A stretch of DNA of 64,000 nt from an uncultured Bacilli bacterium (GTDB taxonomy: Bacteria; Bacillota_I; Bacilli_A; RF39; UBA660), in assembly GCA_934091055.1 (NCBI GenBank), contig CAKOKN010000002.1, forward strand, positions 77,446-141,445, read 5' to 3'. Made by a program: the position numbers and the translations under genes. The notes under the pieces were generated by a model, which worked only from the letters and a program-made list of their open reading frames with translations, did not search any database and was not told the origin of the DNA. Positions 28,285 through 38,535 of this stretch are shown in pieces (within the stretch, counting starts at the first letter, position 1; each line of letters opens with the position of its first letter).

Positions 28285-28634
28285 TAAAAGAAAGTAATAA
28301 AGAATTAGTAAATCCCTTTAGTAAATCTATAGAATATGTTATAGAAGATAAAACAGTAGCCACTTTAGATTATTCTTTAATATATGATAGAATAGAAATA
28401 GATAATATAATCGTACTAGAAGAATTCAGAGGTAGAGGAATAGGAAGTAAATTAATGAGTTATCTCATACAAGTAGCAGAAGATAACAAAGTAGTAAATA
28501 TAACACTAGAAGTAAGAATAAGTAATATAATTGCTATAAATCTCTATAAAAAATTTGGTTTTAAAGAAGTGGCTTTAAGAAAATACTATTATGGAGATGA
28601 GGATGCAATATTAATGGAAAAACAGGTGATATAA
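28281..28634 (+). CDS. rimI: ribosomal-protein-alanine N-acetyltransferase-like GNAT
   Basis: GNAT motif A EEFRGRGIGSKLM, in the conserved position between tsaB and tsaD. Confidence 0.7.
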   Translation: MIKESNKELVNPFSKSIEYVIEDKTVATLDYSLIYDRIEIDNIIVLEEFRGRGIGSKLMSYLIQVAEDNKVVNITLEVRISNIIAINLYKKFGFKEVALRKYYYGDEDAILMEKQVI

Positions 28635-29642
28635 ATGAAAGATACTTATATATTAGGAATAGAATCTAGTTGTGATGAAACAAGTATTAGTATTATTAAA
28701 AATGGTTGTACGGAAATAGCTACAGTTGTATTAAGTCAAATAGATATTCATAAAAACTATGGAGGAGTAGTACCTGAAATAGCAAGTAGAAAACATATTG
28801 AAAATATAACAATAGTATTAGAAGAGTTATTAAATAAATCACATATGACTATTGATGACATAGACGCTATTGGCGTAACTTATGGACCAGGTTTAATAGG
28901 AAGCCTTCTTATAGGAGTCCAAGCCGCTAAAACAATAGCCTTAGTTGCTCATAAACCTCTAATACCAGTTCATCATATAGCGGGTCATATCTATGCTAAT
29001 AATCTAGAAAAAAGATTGACATTCCCTTTAATAGCTTTAGTAGTAAGTGGCGGTCATACCGAATTAATATATATGAAAGAAGACTATTCATTTGAAAAGA
29101 TAGGAGGTACCCTAGATGATGCTGTCGGAGAGTGTTATGATAAAGTAGCTAAAGTATTAGGAATACCATATCCTGGAGGTCCAGTAGTAGATAAGCTAGC
29201 CTTTGAAGGGCAAGATACTTATGAACTTCCATACCCATTAGATGATAAAAGCTATAACTTTAGCTTTAGTGGTATTAAATCTGCAGTTATCAATCTAGTT
29301 CACAATGAAAAACAAAGAGGACAAGAAATAAGAACAAAAGATGTATGTACTACTTTCCAAAATAGAGTTGTCACAGTACTAACTAAAAAAACAATGCGTG
29401 CTCTAAAAGAATATAATATTAAAAACTTAATAGTAGCAGGAGGAGTATCTGCTAATAAAGGGCTTCGTGAGAGTCTAAAAAAAGAATGCGATAAAGAAGA
29501 TATTAAACTTTCATATCCAAGAATAGAATATTGTACTGATAATGCTGCAATGATAGGTGCTGCAGCTTACTATGCATATAAAAAAGGAATTCTAGCAGAT
29601 CAAACATTAACCGCAGTAGCTTCAGATGAATTATGTAAATAA
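28635..29642 (+). CDS. tsaD: tRNA N6-adenosine threonylcarbamoyltransferase TsaD
   Basis: [10 protein letters not shown], metal-binding HHIAGH, GGVSAN motifs. Confidence 0.95.
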   Translation: MKDTYILGIESSCDETSISIIKNGCTEIATVVLSQIDIHKNYGGVVPEIASRKHIENITIVLEELLNKSHMTIDDIDAIGVTYGPGLIGSLLIGVQAAKTIALVAHKPLIPVHHIAGHIYANNLEKRLTFPLIALVVSGGHTELIYMKEDYSFEKIGGTLDDAVGECYDKVAKVLGIPYPGGPVVDKLAFEGQDTYELPYPLDDKSYNFSFSGIKSAVINLVHNEKQRGQEIRTKDVCTTFQNRVVTVLTKKTMRALKEYNIKNLIVAGGVSANKGLRESLKKECDKEDIKLSYPRIEYCTDNAAMIGAAAYYAYKKGILADQTLTAVASDELCK

Positions 29643-29772
29643 ATAAATAAAACTCATATCAAAAAAGATATGAGTTTTATCATTTTTATCTAAATATAAA
29701 ATATTTATAAATTTACTTGCATTTATAATAAAAGTAAGTTATAATGATATTATCATAGGATAGGAGGATAAT

Positions 29773-30849
29773 ATGAAAAAGAATATATTAAAGAGAGTTG
29801 GCTTAGCATCTCTTACCATAATTTCTGCAGTATCATTATCTAATACAGTTAATGCAGCACAAGTTTGTAAAACACATAAGAATTATTATTTCTTTAATGA
29901 TATGAGTGTTTATAGTACTTTAAATAATGGTGTTACTAATCAGGAAAGCGTTACACATAAAGGAACAGCATATTTCCCTGCTTTAGAAAAAGGTGCTAAG
30001 ATAATTGAGGATCAAACTGGAAAAATATGTTTAACAAAAGGAGATAAAAAAGATGGTGATTGTCTTACTAACATAACATCTTGGTCTCTTGATGAATTAT
30101 ATCAAAATTCAAATAGTTATTTCAATGGTGGCACTGATATTACACTAGATATCAATGGAACACAAAGTAAATATAAAATTTATACTGAAGAAAAAGATGA
30201 CGTAATAAATACTTATCTATCACATAATACTTGGTTTAAATCAGAACAAGAAGGTGACCTTGGTGGTGGTGGCGTAAATTATTATAGTATTGACAAAAAA
30301 ACATTAAATGACGGTTCATTTTTGCCATCATCAACTACTATAAAAAGAGAAAGTAAAGAAAACTATTTTGCTGTTTCATTAACAAGAGTAATTAAAAAAG
30401 AAGATCTTCAAGATATAAAGCCTTTTGATTTAATATGGCACACAGGAGAAGAAATAACTAAAACAGTATTAGCACCAGCAGTATACCTTATAACATATGA
30501 AACTTGTGAAGATAAATATAAAGAAACAATTACTTATTACTGTAAAGATGGAGATAAAACCACTAAATGTGAACTTGATCCTAACCCATATACAAAAGAT
30601 AATTTAGAGGATGGCTATACAGAGAAAGTAAAATCACCAGAGATTAAAAACTGTACTCCAGATAAAAAAGAAGTAGATGTTTTAATAAAAGGTGCAGACT
30701 TTTCTGAAGATGTCTACTATAGTTGTACAGTAGATAACCCTAAAACTGGTAGTGCTCTAATATATATTGCTTGGGCAGTAGGATTAGGAGCTCTAGGTTA
30801 TTCAATATACTATTTTACAAAGTTAAGAAAAACCAAAGAAACAAATTAA
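29773..30849 (+). CDS. secreted surface protein with a sortase sorting signal (NPKTG)
   Basis: Signal peptide ending VNA-AQ. C-terminal NPKTG, then a hydrophobic helix and KLRKTK tail, i.e. a (S/P)PxTG-like clostridial sorting signal. Confidence 0.65.
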   Translation: MKKNILKRVGLASLTIISAVSLSNTVNAAQVCKTHKNYYFFNDMSVYSTLNNGVTNQESVTHKGTAYFPALEKGAKIIEDQTGKICLTKGDKKDGDCLTNITSWSLDELYQNSNSYFNGGTDITLDINGTQSKYKIYTEEKDDVINTYLSHNTWFKSEQEGDLGGGGVNYYSIDKKTLNDGSFLPSSTTIKRESKENYFAVSLTRVIKKEDLQDIKPFDLIWHTGEEITKTVLAPAVYLITYETCEDKYKETITYYCKDGDKTTKCELDPNPYTKDNLEDGYTEKVKSPEIKNCTPDKKEVDVLIKGADFSEDVYYSCTVDNPKTGSALIYIAWAVGLGALGYSIYYFTKLRKTKETN

Positions 30850-30955
30850 TAAAACATAAAGATTATAATTAATTTTATAATCTTTTTTTAGACACTCTTT
30901 ATTGTAGTAAAAACCTCTTTGGCATAAAATAAAGTGAAAAAGAAGGGGTGATAAT

Positions 30956-31234
30956 ATGACATTTATAAACAATAATACAGAATTAATAATAACACTACTT
31001 ACTGTAACGTTAACTTGGGTATTAGGTTTTCTATCTAAAAGATGTCCTTACATAAATAATAACTTAATAATAATACAAAACATAGTAATAGGACTAAGTG
31101 TATCAATATTCTATTTTGCCATAACAAAAGACTTTAACTTAGCTATAACACTAAGTGGATTATTTGCAGAAACTGGCTATAATTTAATACATAATATTGA
31201 AAAACTAATAGCTGCAGATAAGAAAAAAGAGTAA
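30956..31234 (+). CDS. small 3-TM membrane protein (holin-like topology)
   Basis: 92 aa, hydrophobic helices, charged C-terminal tail ADKKKE. Function not established. Confidence 0.4.
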   Translation: MTFINNNTELIITLLTVTLTWVLGFLSKRCPYINNNLIIIQNIVIGLSVSIFYFAITKDFNLAITLSGLFAETGYNLIHNIEKLIAADKKKE

Positions 31235-31364
31235 TATCTATATAAAAATAAATATCATCACTATAAAGAACTTTAACTTAAAATTAAAGTTCTTTTCTAT
31301 ATAAAATATATTTACTTCTTAGTTTAATAATGATAAAATTAATTAGAGAAAGATGAGGTGCAAG

Positions 31365-33446
31365 ATGAATATAGAACAATTAAATAGTGAACAACTAAAA
31401 GCTGTTAATCATATAGATGGACCAATGTTAGTATTAGCGGGAGCGGGTTCAGGTAAAACAAAAGTATTAACAAATAGAATAGCAAGACTAATCGAAGAAG
31501 GAGTAAGTCCTTCGAATATATTAGCTATAACGTTTACTAATAAAGCCGCTAAAGAAATGAAGGATAGAATTACTAGATTAGTAGGAGTAACTGCCTATAA
31601 TATACAAATATCAACTTTCCATTCTTTAGGCCTTAAAATACTAAAAGAAAACTATAGTCTACTTGGATATGATAAAAACTTTACTATCATAGATAGTGAT
31701 GATGTATTAACAATAATAAAGAAGATAATGAAAGAACTAAATCTATCTAAAGATTATTATAATCCTAGAGAGATAAAAAATAAAATAAGTTCTGCTAAAA
31801 ACGCTATAATGTCAGTTGAAGACTTTTCTAAAGTAGAATTTGATCATAAGGTAGTAGAAGTTTATAAAATATATACTAAGAAATTAAGACAAGGAAACTC
31901 AGTAGATTTTGATGACTTATTGATATTACCAATTAAGTTATTTAAGACATATCCTAATGTATTAGAAGAATACCAAGATAGATATAAATATATTTTGATA
32001 GATGAGTATCAGGATACTAATGAAGCACAATATACATTTAGTAAAATATTAGCTTCCAAATATAGAAATATCTTTGTAGTAGGAGATAATGATCAAGCAA
32101 TATATGCTTTTAGAGGAGCTAATTATAAAAATATTTTAAATTTTGAAAAAGATTATCCAGAAGCTAAAAGTGTAGTACTAGAAGAAAACTATCGTTCTAC
32201 GAAGACAATACTAAATGCTGCTAATGATGTAATTAAAAATAATAAAGAAAGAAAGAGTAAGAATCTATGGAGTAATAAACCAGTAGGAGATAAAATTACA
32301 TATAAATTAGTAGGAACTGAAAAGGAAGAAGCTTCTTTTGTAGCAGATGAAATCAAGTCTCTACTAGAACAAGGTGTAAAAGAAGAAGATATAGCAGTTC
32401 TTTATCGTACTAATGCACAATCTCGTGTAGTAGAAGAATATATGTTAAAAAAGAATATAAAATATAGAGTAGTAGGAAGCTTCTATTTCTATAATAGAAA
32501 AGAAATTAAAGATTTATTATGTTATTTAAGATTAATAAGTAATCATAAAGATGATGTAAGTCTACTTAGAATAATAAATACTCCTAAAAGAGGTATAGGA
32601 GAAAAAACAATAGATAATCTTACTACTCTAGCAGTAGAACAATCAAGTTCAATATATGAAGCAATAACTTCAGGTAAAGAGCTAGCTTTTAAAAACCTAA
32701 TTGAAGAATTAACCGAAGAGAGTAAAACATTATCACTTACCGAATTAGTAGAAGCTATCTTAGAGAAGAGTGGTATTAAAAAAGAATTGTCATCATCTAA
32801 ATTACTCGAAGACGAAATAAGATTGGAAAACTTAAATGAGTTTAAAGGTGTAACTAAGAGCTATGAAGAGGAACAAGGGTCTGCTACTTTAGAAGACTTC
32901 TTAGATGAAATATCATTAGTAAGTGATTTAGCAGAACATCAAGATGGATCAAATAGAGTAAGTTTAATGACAGTTCATTCAGTAAAAGGACTAGAGTATG
33001 ACTATGTCTTTATAGTAGGTATGGAAGAAGGAATATTCCCTCATTATAACGCTATTAATGATGGTAGTCAAAGTGCTATTGAAGAAGAAAGAAGACTTTG
33101 CTATGTAGCAATAACTAGAGCTAAGAAAAAACTATATATATTAGCGGCTAAAAGTAGAATGTTATTTGGTAATACAAATATAAATAAGCCAAGTCGATTT
33201 ATTGAAGAAATAAATAAAGAATATCTTGATATAGATGAAAAGAAAGTATTAGGTAAAGCAACAAATAGAATAAGAAAAGCAATAGATAAAAATATTGAAT
33301 ATGAAGTAGGAGAAAAAATAAGTCATACTGATTTTGGAGAAGGAATAGTAATAGGAGTAGATAAATCAATATTAACAGTAGCTTTTCCACATCCAATAGG
33401 TATAAAGAAATTAATGAAAGGTCATCCTAACATAACTAAATTATAG
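31365..33446 (+). CDS. pcrA: ATP-dependent DNA helicase PcrA/UvrD
   Basis: Motif I AGAGSGKT, II DEYQDTN, III GDNDQAIYAFRGA, V-VI VHSVKGLEYD and YVAITRAK. RBS GAGGTG favours ATG 31365. Confidence 0.92.
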   Translation: MNIEQLNSEQLKAVNHIDGPMLVLAGAGSGKTKVLTNRIARLIEEGVSPSNILAITFTNKAAKEMKDRITRLVGVTAYNIQISTFHSLGLKILKENYSLLGYDKNFTIIDSDDVLTIIKKIMKELNLSKDYYNPREIKNKISSAKNAIMSVEDFSKVEFDHKVVEVYKIYTKKLRQGNSVDFDDLLILPIKLFKTYPNVLEEYQDRYKYILIDEYQDTNEAQYTFSKILASKYRNIFVVGDNDQAIYAFRGANYKNILNFEKDYPEAKSVVLEENYRSTKTILNAANDVIKNNKERKSKNLWSNKPVGDKITYKLVGTEKEEASFVADEIKSLLEQGVKEEDIAVLYRTNAQSRVVEEYMLKKNIKYRVVGSFYFYNRKEIKDLLCYLRLISNHKDDVSLLRIINTPKRGIGEKTIDNLTTLAVEQSSSIYEAITSGKELAFKNLIEELTEESKTLSLTELVEAILEKSGIKKELSSSKLLEDEIRLENLNEFKGVTKSYEEEQGSATLEDFLDEISLVSDLAEHQDGSNRVSLMTVHSVKGLEYDYVFIVGMEEGIFPHYNAINDGSQSAIEEERRLCYVAITRAKKKLYILAAKSRMLFGNTNINKPSRFIEEINKEYLDIDEKKVLGKATNRIRKAIDKNIEYEVGEKISHTDFGEGIVIGVDKSILTVAFPHPIGIKKLMKGHPNITKL

Positions 33447-33499
33447 GCTAAAAAAGTATTTATTTTAAACTATTAGAATATAATATAGTGGAGGTAAAT

Positions 33500-34054
33500 A
33501 TGGATTATAGTATTTTAGTAAATAAAGATAATCCTCTACCAAGAGCATATATTCCTAATAATTTAGTATTAGCAGATAGTAAATATAAAGATAATATTTA
33601 TATAGATAAAGTAGTAAAAGAAGCATTTGATAGGTTAAAGCAGGATGCTAAAAACTATGGTTATAATATAGATATAGTAAGTGGATATCGTGATTATGAT
33701 TATCAAGAGAAGATCTATAATAAATTACTTGAAGAAAAGGGCTTTACGTATGCTATAACTAGAATAGCAGAGCCTGGTAAGTCTGAACATCAAACTTCTT
33801 TAGCGTTAGATTTTTGTATATATAAAGATGAAAAGTGTTATATAGAACACGATATTCAAGATAAGATTGAAACTAGGTGGATACACCAAAATTGTTATAG
33901 GTATGGGTTTATCTTGAGATATCCTGAGGGTAAGGAAGATATAACTAAATATAGTTATGAACCTTGGCATCTAAGATATGTAGGAGATATAGCTAGTAAT
34001 ATTTATAATAATAATTTAACTCTAGAAGAGTATAAAGAAAGAGAGTCTAGATAG
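33500..34054 (+). CDS. VanY-type D-alanyl-D-alanine carboxypeptidase (M15B)
   Basis: SGYRDYDYQ, SEHQTSLALD, EPWHLRY zinc-ligand motifs. GGAGG precedes ATG 33500. Confidence 0.85.
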   Translation: MDYSILVNKDNPLPRAYIPNNLVLADSKYKDNIYIDKVVKEAFDRLKQDAKNYGYNIDIVSGYRDYDYQEKIYNKLLEEKGFTYAITRIAEPGKSEHQTSLALDFCIYKDEKCYIEHDIQDKIETRWIHQNCYRYGFILRYPEGKEDITKYSYEPWHLRYVGDIASNIYNNNLTLEEYKERESR

Positions 34055-34071
34055 ATAGACTTTCTTTTTTT
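34034..34071 (+). terminator. intrinsic terminator after the VanY-type gene
   Basis: AGTCTA/TAGACT core extended by A-T and G-C pairs, followed by a T run. It overlaps the stop codon. Confidence 0.55.
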
Positions 34072-34157
34072 GTCGTCTCACACTAAAGTAGTTCGTCGTT
34101 TTCTAATGCCTAAGGTCATTAGAAAAAATTTTTGAGCCTATAAATGTCTCAAAAATT
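34071..34157 (+). repeat. three-hairpin intergenic element, locus 2 (first unit decayed)
   Basis: TTTTCTAATG-cctaaggt-CATTAGAAAA (34099-34126) and AATTTTTGAG-cctataaatgt-CTCAAAAATT (34127-34157). The decayed 5' unit shares CACTAAAGT with locus 1. Confidence 0.65.
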
Positions 34158-34179
34158 AAATTATTTATCTATTTACTAA

Positions 34180-34236
34180 TTGACATATATTAAGAATAGT
34201 GCTATCATTTAAATATATGAATACATATTCATATAT
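34180..34236 (+). promoter_or_regulatory. cad operon promoter with an ArsR/CadC-type palindromic operator
   Basis: TTGACA 34180-34185, 17-nt spacer, TATCAT 34203-34208, then an 11-2-11 inverted repeat ATATATGAATA-CA-TATTCATATAT at 34213-34236. Confidence 0.55.
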
Positions 34237-34252
34237 AGAAGGGAATAAATTA

Positions 34253-34579
34253 ATGATAGATAATAAAGATATAAATAAAATAAAAAAGGAATTATTAGAG
34301 GAAGACACTATAATAGATATAGCAGAACTATTCAAAGTATTCGCAGACTCTACTAGAGTAAAAATAATAAATGTATTATTAGAAAACAAATTATGTGTTG
34401 GAGATATAGCCATATTAGTCGGAAGTACACAGTCAGCAGTATCACATCAACTTAGAATTTTAAAGGCTGCTAAATTAGTAAAATATACTAAGATAGGTAA
34501 GACAGTATATTATGAACTAAGTGATAATCACGTAAAAAAACTATTCAATATAGGAAAGGAGCATATTAATGAAATATAA
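34253..34579 (+). CDS. cadC: ArsR/SmtB-family metalloregulator (CadC-like)
   Basis: ELFKVFADSTRVKIINVL and the HTH CVGDIAILVGSTQSAVSHQLRILK. The most likely start is ATG 34253. Confidence 0.8.
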   Translation: MIDNKDINKIKKELLEEDTIIDIAELFKVFADSTRVKIINVLLENKLCVGDIAILVGSTQSAVSHQLRILKAAKLVKYTKIGKTVYYELSDNHVKKLFNIGKEHINEI

Positions 34580-36614
34580 GTATAATATTAAAAACTTAGA
34601 TTGTGCTAATTGTGCTAAAGTACTCGAAGATAAATTAAATAAAGATAAAAATATTAAAGTAGCTTCAGTAAATTTTAGTTCATCAACAGTTACTGTTGAT
34701 ACAGATATCGAAGATGCCTTCCATTACGTAAAAAGAATTGTAAATGAAGTAGAACCAGACGCTATTTTAAGCGAGAATAAAATAAAAGAAAATAACTATA
34801 ATGATATTTATAGAATACTATTAGGAGGTTTTATAGGCCTACTAGGAGTTCTATTAAAAACACCTAGTATAATAAATACAATATTAATAATAATAGCATA
34901 TATAATATTAATATATAAGACTTTAGGAACTGCTATTAAACAATTAAAAAATAAAATAATAAATGAAAATCTTTTAGTATCAATATCCGCTTTAGGAGCA
35001 TTTGCTCTAGGAGATGCTTGCGAAGGACTTATGGTAATATTCTTATATGAATTAGGAAAAGTACTAGAAAGTATAGCAGTTAATAAAAGTCGTAATTCCG
35101 TTGAAGATCTAATGAATATAAAAGAGGAGACTGCAAATTTAAAAGAAAAAGATAAAATAATAGTAGTACCAACTACTAAAGTAAAAGTAGGTGATATACT
35201 AGTAGTAAAAGAAGGAGAAAGAGTACCACTAGATGGCACAATTATAAAAGGCAATGGGACATTAGATACTAGTGCTTTAACAGGAGAATCAGTACCAATG
35301 TTTGTTTCTGTTGGAGATAATATTCTATCCGGAAGTATAAATAAAGGTGGTTTACTTGAAGTCAAAGTAACTTCTATCTATAAAGATTCTACAGTAAATA
35401 AAATATTAGAATTAGTAGAAGCAGCTACTGAGAGAAAAACAAAAACAGAAAAAATAGTATCAAAATATTCTTCAAAATATACATTAGGAGTAATAGTAGT
35501 TGCCATTCTAACTACAGTACTACTACCATTATTTACAAGTCTAACTTACCAAGAGAGTATTTACAAAGGACTAACTATATTAGTAATATCTTGTCCTTGT
35601 GCTATAGCTATATCAGTTCCATTATCATACTTTGCTGGAATAGGAGCTTCTTCTAGAGAAGGAATATTAATAAAAGGAAGTAATTATTTAGATAATATTA
35701 AAAATATTAAAGAAATAGTTTTTGATAAAACAGGAACTATTACTACAGGAGAATTTTATATATCAAAAATAAATATATATGATAAAGAATATCAAGAAGA
35801 AGAAATAATGAAAATATTTGCAGCAGGAGAATCTCTATCAAATCATCCTATAGCAAAGTCAGTATTAAAAAAATATAATAAATCAATTACCAACAAAGAA
35901 GTAAAGGATTTTAAAGAGATATCTGGTAAAGGAATAAGTTTTACTTATAAAGAAGATAAGATAAAGATAGGTAATAGCAAATTCTGTAATATTAAAGAAA
36001 ATAATAGTAATATATATATAGTAATAAATAATAAAGAAGTTGCTAGTATTGAGATAAAAGATGAAATAAAAGATAGTGCTAAAGAAACTATAAATAAATT
36101 AAAAGATATGGGAATAAAAGTACATATATTTACTGGAGATTCAGAAGAAAAAGCAAGAGAAATAGCGAAAGAACTAAATATAGAAAATATAAATTATGAA
36201 ATGCTACCAACAGATAAATATAACTATTTAGAGAAGATGATTAAGAATAAAGAAGAACAATCTATTGTATCATTTGTTGGTGATGGAATTAATGATGCCC
36301 CAGTATTAAAGTTATCAGATTTAGGAATATCTATGGGTAGTTTAGGAACAGACTCTGCTATTGAAGCTTCTGATGTTGTAATAATGAATGATAACCTAAA
36401 TAAAATAATAACAGCAATTAATATATCTAAAAGTACTAGTAAGATAATTAAAGAGAATTTAATCTTTGCAATAGGAGTAAAATTATTAGTATTAATATTA
36501 ACTCTACTAGGAGTTTCTACTATGTTTGAGGCAGTTTTCGCAGACGTTGGCGTAACAGTATTATGTATATTAAATACATTAAGATTATTAAAAAACAATA
36601 AAGAGATTAACTAG
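34569..36614 (+). CDS. cadA: P1B-type heavy-metal (Cd/Zn/Co-type) translocating ATPase
   Basis: HMA domain with CANCA, TM CPC motif ISCPCAIAIS, DKTGT, TGD, GDGINDAP. Confidence 0.9.
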   Translation: MKYKYNIKNLDCANCAKVLEDKLNKDKNIKVASVNFSSSTVTVDTDIEDAFHYVKRIVNEVEPDAILSENKIKENNYNDIYRILLGGFIGLLGVLLKTPSIINTILIIIAYIILIYKTLGTAIKQLKNKIINENLLVSISALGAFALGDACEGLMVIFLYELGKVLESIAVNKSRNSVEDLMNIKEETANLKEKDKIIVVPTTKVKVGDILVVKEGERVPLDGTIIKGNGTLDTSALTGESVPMFVSVGDNILSGSINKGGLLEVKVTSIYKDSTVNKILELVEAATERKTKTEKIVSKYSSKYTLGVIVVAILTTVLLPLFTSLTYQESIYKGLTILVISCPCAIAISVPLSYFAGIGASSREGILIKGSNYLDNIKNIKEIVFDKTGTITTGEFYISKINIYDKEYQEEEIMKIFAAGESLSNHPIAKSVLKKYNKSITNKEVKDFKEISGKGISFTYKEDKIKIGNSKFCNIKENNSNIYIVINNKEVASIEIKDEIKDSAKETINKLKDMGIKVHIFTGDSEEKAREIAKELNIENINYEMLPTDKYNYLEKMIKNKEEQSIVSFVGDGINDAPVLKLSDLGISMGSLGTDSAIEASDVVIMNDNLNKIITAINISKSTSKIIKENLIFAIGVKLLVLILTLLGVSTMFEAVFADVGVTVLCILNTLRLLKNNKEIN

Positions 36615-36720
36615 CTATTAATCTCTTTTAATATTAACTAAAAAATAAAATAACATTTATAATTTAATATTCATTTAATAAAATAATGATATTATCAATA
36701 CATAAGAAAGGAGAAATAAG

Positions 36721-38535
36721 ATGAAAAGAATAACTAAAAATATAATAACTATAGTTACCATATTACTAATGTTAGTATTAGTATTTCTAACTATGAATTA
36801 TGCTAATAATCATATAGAAGATATAAACAATGGACCTAGTAACATACCTGATAATGTTGAAGTAACTGGAGAAAGTACTAATAATAATACTCCTCCAGAT
36901 AATAGTGGTCAAAATAACGGTGAAGAACCACCAGAAAAGAAAGAGGGTGATAATCAAAATAGTAATGAAGAACCTCCTGCTAAACCAGAAGAGAATAATG
37001 ATACATCTAATACAAATAATAACCAAAATAACAATGAAATGCCAACTATGCCAAGTGAAGGTATGTCTAATGTAAATAATACAAGGAGTTTAACCACAGT
37101 TTATTACATAGTCTTTGGGATGGAATGTCTAGTAATAGCGTACTTAATAATGTATTTAATAATGTCAAATTTAAATAAAAAAACATTGAAAGAAACATAT
37201 GAAAATAAAGATAAAGTATTAATAACACTATTAGGGACAATTATACTAGGAGCTCTTCTAACATACTTAAGTGCTGTTATAACAACAAAGTATTTCTTAA
37301 ATAGTGAAGTACAAAGTGGAAATAATAATACACAAAATAATCAAAATATATCTTATTCAGCATCAAAAACTATATCTGAAGATACTACTATTACTGAAGG
37401 AACATATACTTCTACTACCAAGGATGAGAATGCTATACTAGTAGACGGTAGTACAACTACTATTTCAAATGTAACAGTAGAAAAAGAGGGAGACTCTGAT
37501 GGAGGAGATGCTACAAGCTTCTATGGAACGAACTCTGCCATTCTAGCTAAAGGTGGTGCTAATTTAACACTAAGTAATGTAACTATAAATACTAATGCTA
37601 CTGGTGCTAATGGTGTCTTTAGTTATGGAGGAACTGCTACAACTAATAATGCATCAAGCGATGGAACAACAATAACTATAAGTGATTCCAAGATAACAAC
37701 TAAAAAAGATAATTCAGGTGGAATAATGACTACTGGAGGTGGTACAACAATAGCCAATAATCTAGAAATAACAACTGAAGGAACTTCAAGTGCCGCAATC
37801 AGAACTGATCGTGGAGGAGGTACTGTAAAAGTAACTAAAGGTACATATAAAACTCTAGGTCAAGGCTCACCTACTATCTATTCAACTGCGGACATTTCAG
37901 TAAGTGATGCCACCTTACTAGCGGAGGCTTCTGAAGGAATAGTAATTGAAGGAAAAAATAGTGTTTTAATAGATAACTGTACTCTTGAGGACTCTAATAC
38001 TAAACTAAATGGTAAGTCAACAACTTATAAAAATATCTTCATCTATCAGTCAATGAGTGGTGATGCCGCCGAAGGAACTGCTACATTTACATCAAAAAAT
38101 AGTAAGATAACAACAAATAATGGTGATACTCTATATGTAACCAATACTACTGCTGAAATAAATTTAGAGAATAATACTATAATAAATCAAGATAAAGATG
38201 ATAATTTCTTAAGAATACAAAAGGATTCTTGGGGTAATGATGGAAGTAATGGAGGAGTAGTAACTCTAAATATGACAAATCAAAAAGTAACTGGAAATGT
38301 AGTTGTAGATTCTATATCCACTCTTACTATAAATATGACAGATAATTCTTATTATGAAGGTATGATAAACAATGATAATACCGCTAAAAGTATTACATTA
38401 AAGTTAGATAAAACATCAAAAATAAAATTAACCGGAGATACTTATCTAACATCACTAGATAATGCTGATACTACTAATAGTAATATAGATTTTAATGGTT
38501 ATAAATTATATGTAAATAATACTGCTATAAATTAA
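36721..38535 (+). CDS. multi-TM-anchored protein with a low-complexity N/P/E-rich segment and a T/N/G-rich beta-helix-like C-terminal domain
   Basis: One TM helix, then a NNTPPDNSGQNNGEEPPEKKEGD-type linker, two more TM helices, then ~400 aa of short T/S/N/G-rich repeats (e.g. TITISDSKITT, TTIANNLEITT). Confidence 0.55.
   Translation: MKRITKNIITIVTILLMLVLVFLTMNYANNHIEDINNGPSNIPDNVEVTGESTNNNTPPDNSGQNNGEEPPEKKEGDNQNSNEEPPAKPEENNDTSNTNNNQNNNEMPTMPSEGMSNVNNTRSLTTVYYIVFGMECLVIAYLIMYLIMSNLNKKTLKETYENKDKVLITLLGTIILGALLTYLSAVITTKYFLNSEVQSGNNNTQNNQNISYSASKTISEDTTITEGTYTSTTKDENAILVDGSTTTISNVTVEKEGDSDGGDATSFYGTNSAILAKGGANLTLSNVTINTNATGANGVFSYGGTATTNNASSDGTTITISDSKITTKKDNSGGIMTTGGGTTIANNLEITTEGTSSAAIRTDRGGGTVKVTKGTYKTLGQGSPTIYSTADISVSDATLLAEASEGIVIEGKNSVLIDNCTLEDSNTKLNGKSTTYKNIFIYQSMSGDAAEGTATFTSKNSKITTNNGDTLYVTNTTAEINLENNTIINQDKDDNFLRIQKDSWGNDGSNGGVVTLNMTNQKVTGNVVVDSISTLTINMTDNSYYEGMINNDNTAKSITLKLDKTSKIKLTGDTYLTSLDNADTTNSNIDFNGYKLYVNNTAIN

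Noticed and set aside
30956-31234. The small 3-TM protein as a phage holin marking a prophage remnant
   Set aside because: There is no adjacent endolysin or other phage gene. The topology alone is insufficient, so it is listed only as a membrane protein.
34808-36598. Long antisense ORFs (185 and 124 aa) within cadA
   Set aside because: They lie antisense to a P-type ATPase gene with all its signature motifs, and have no start context.
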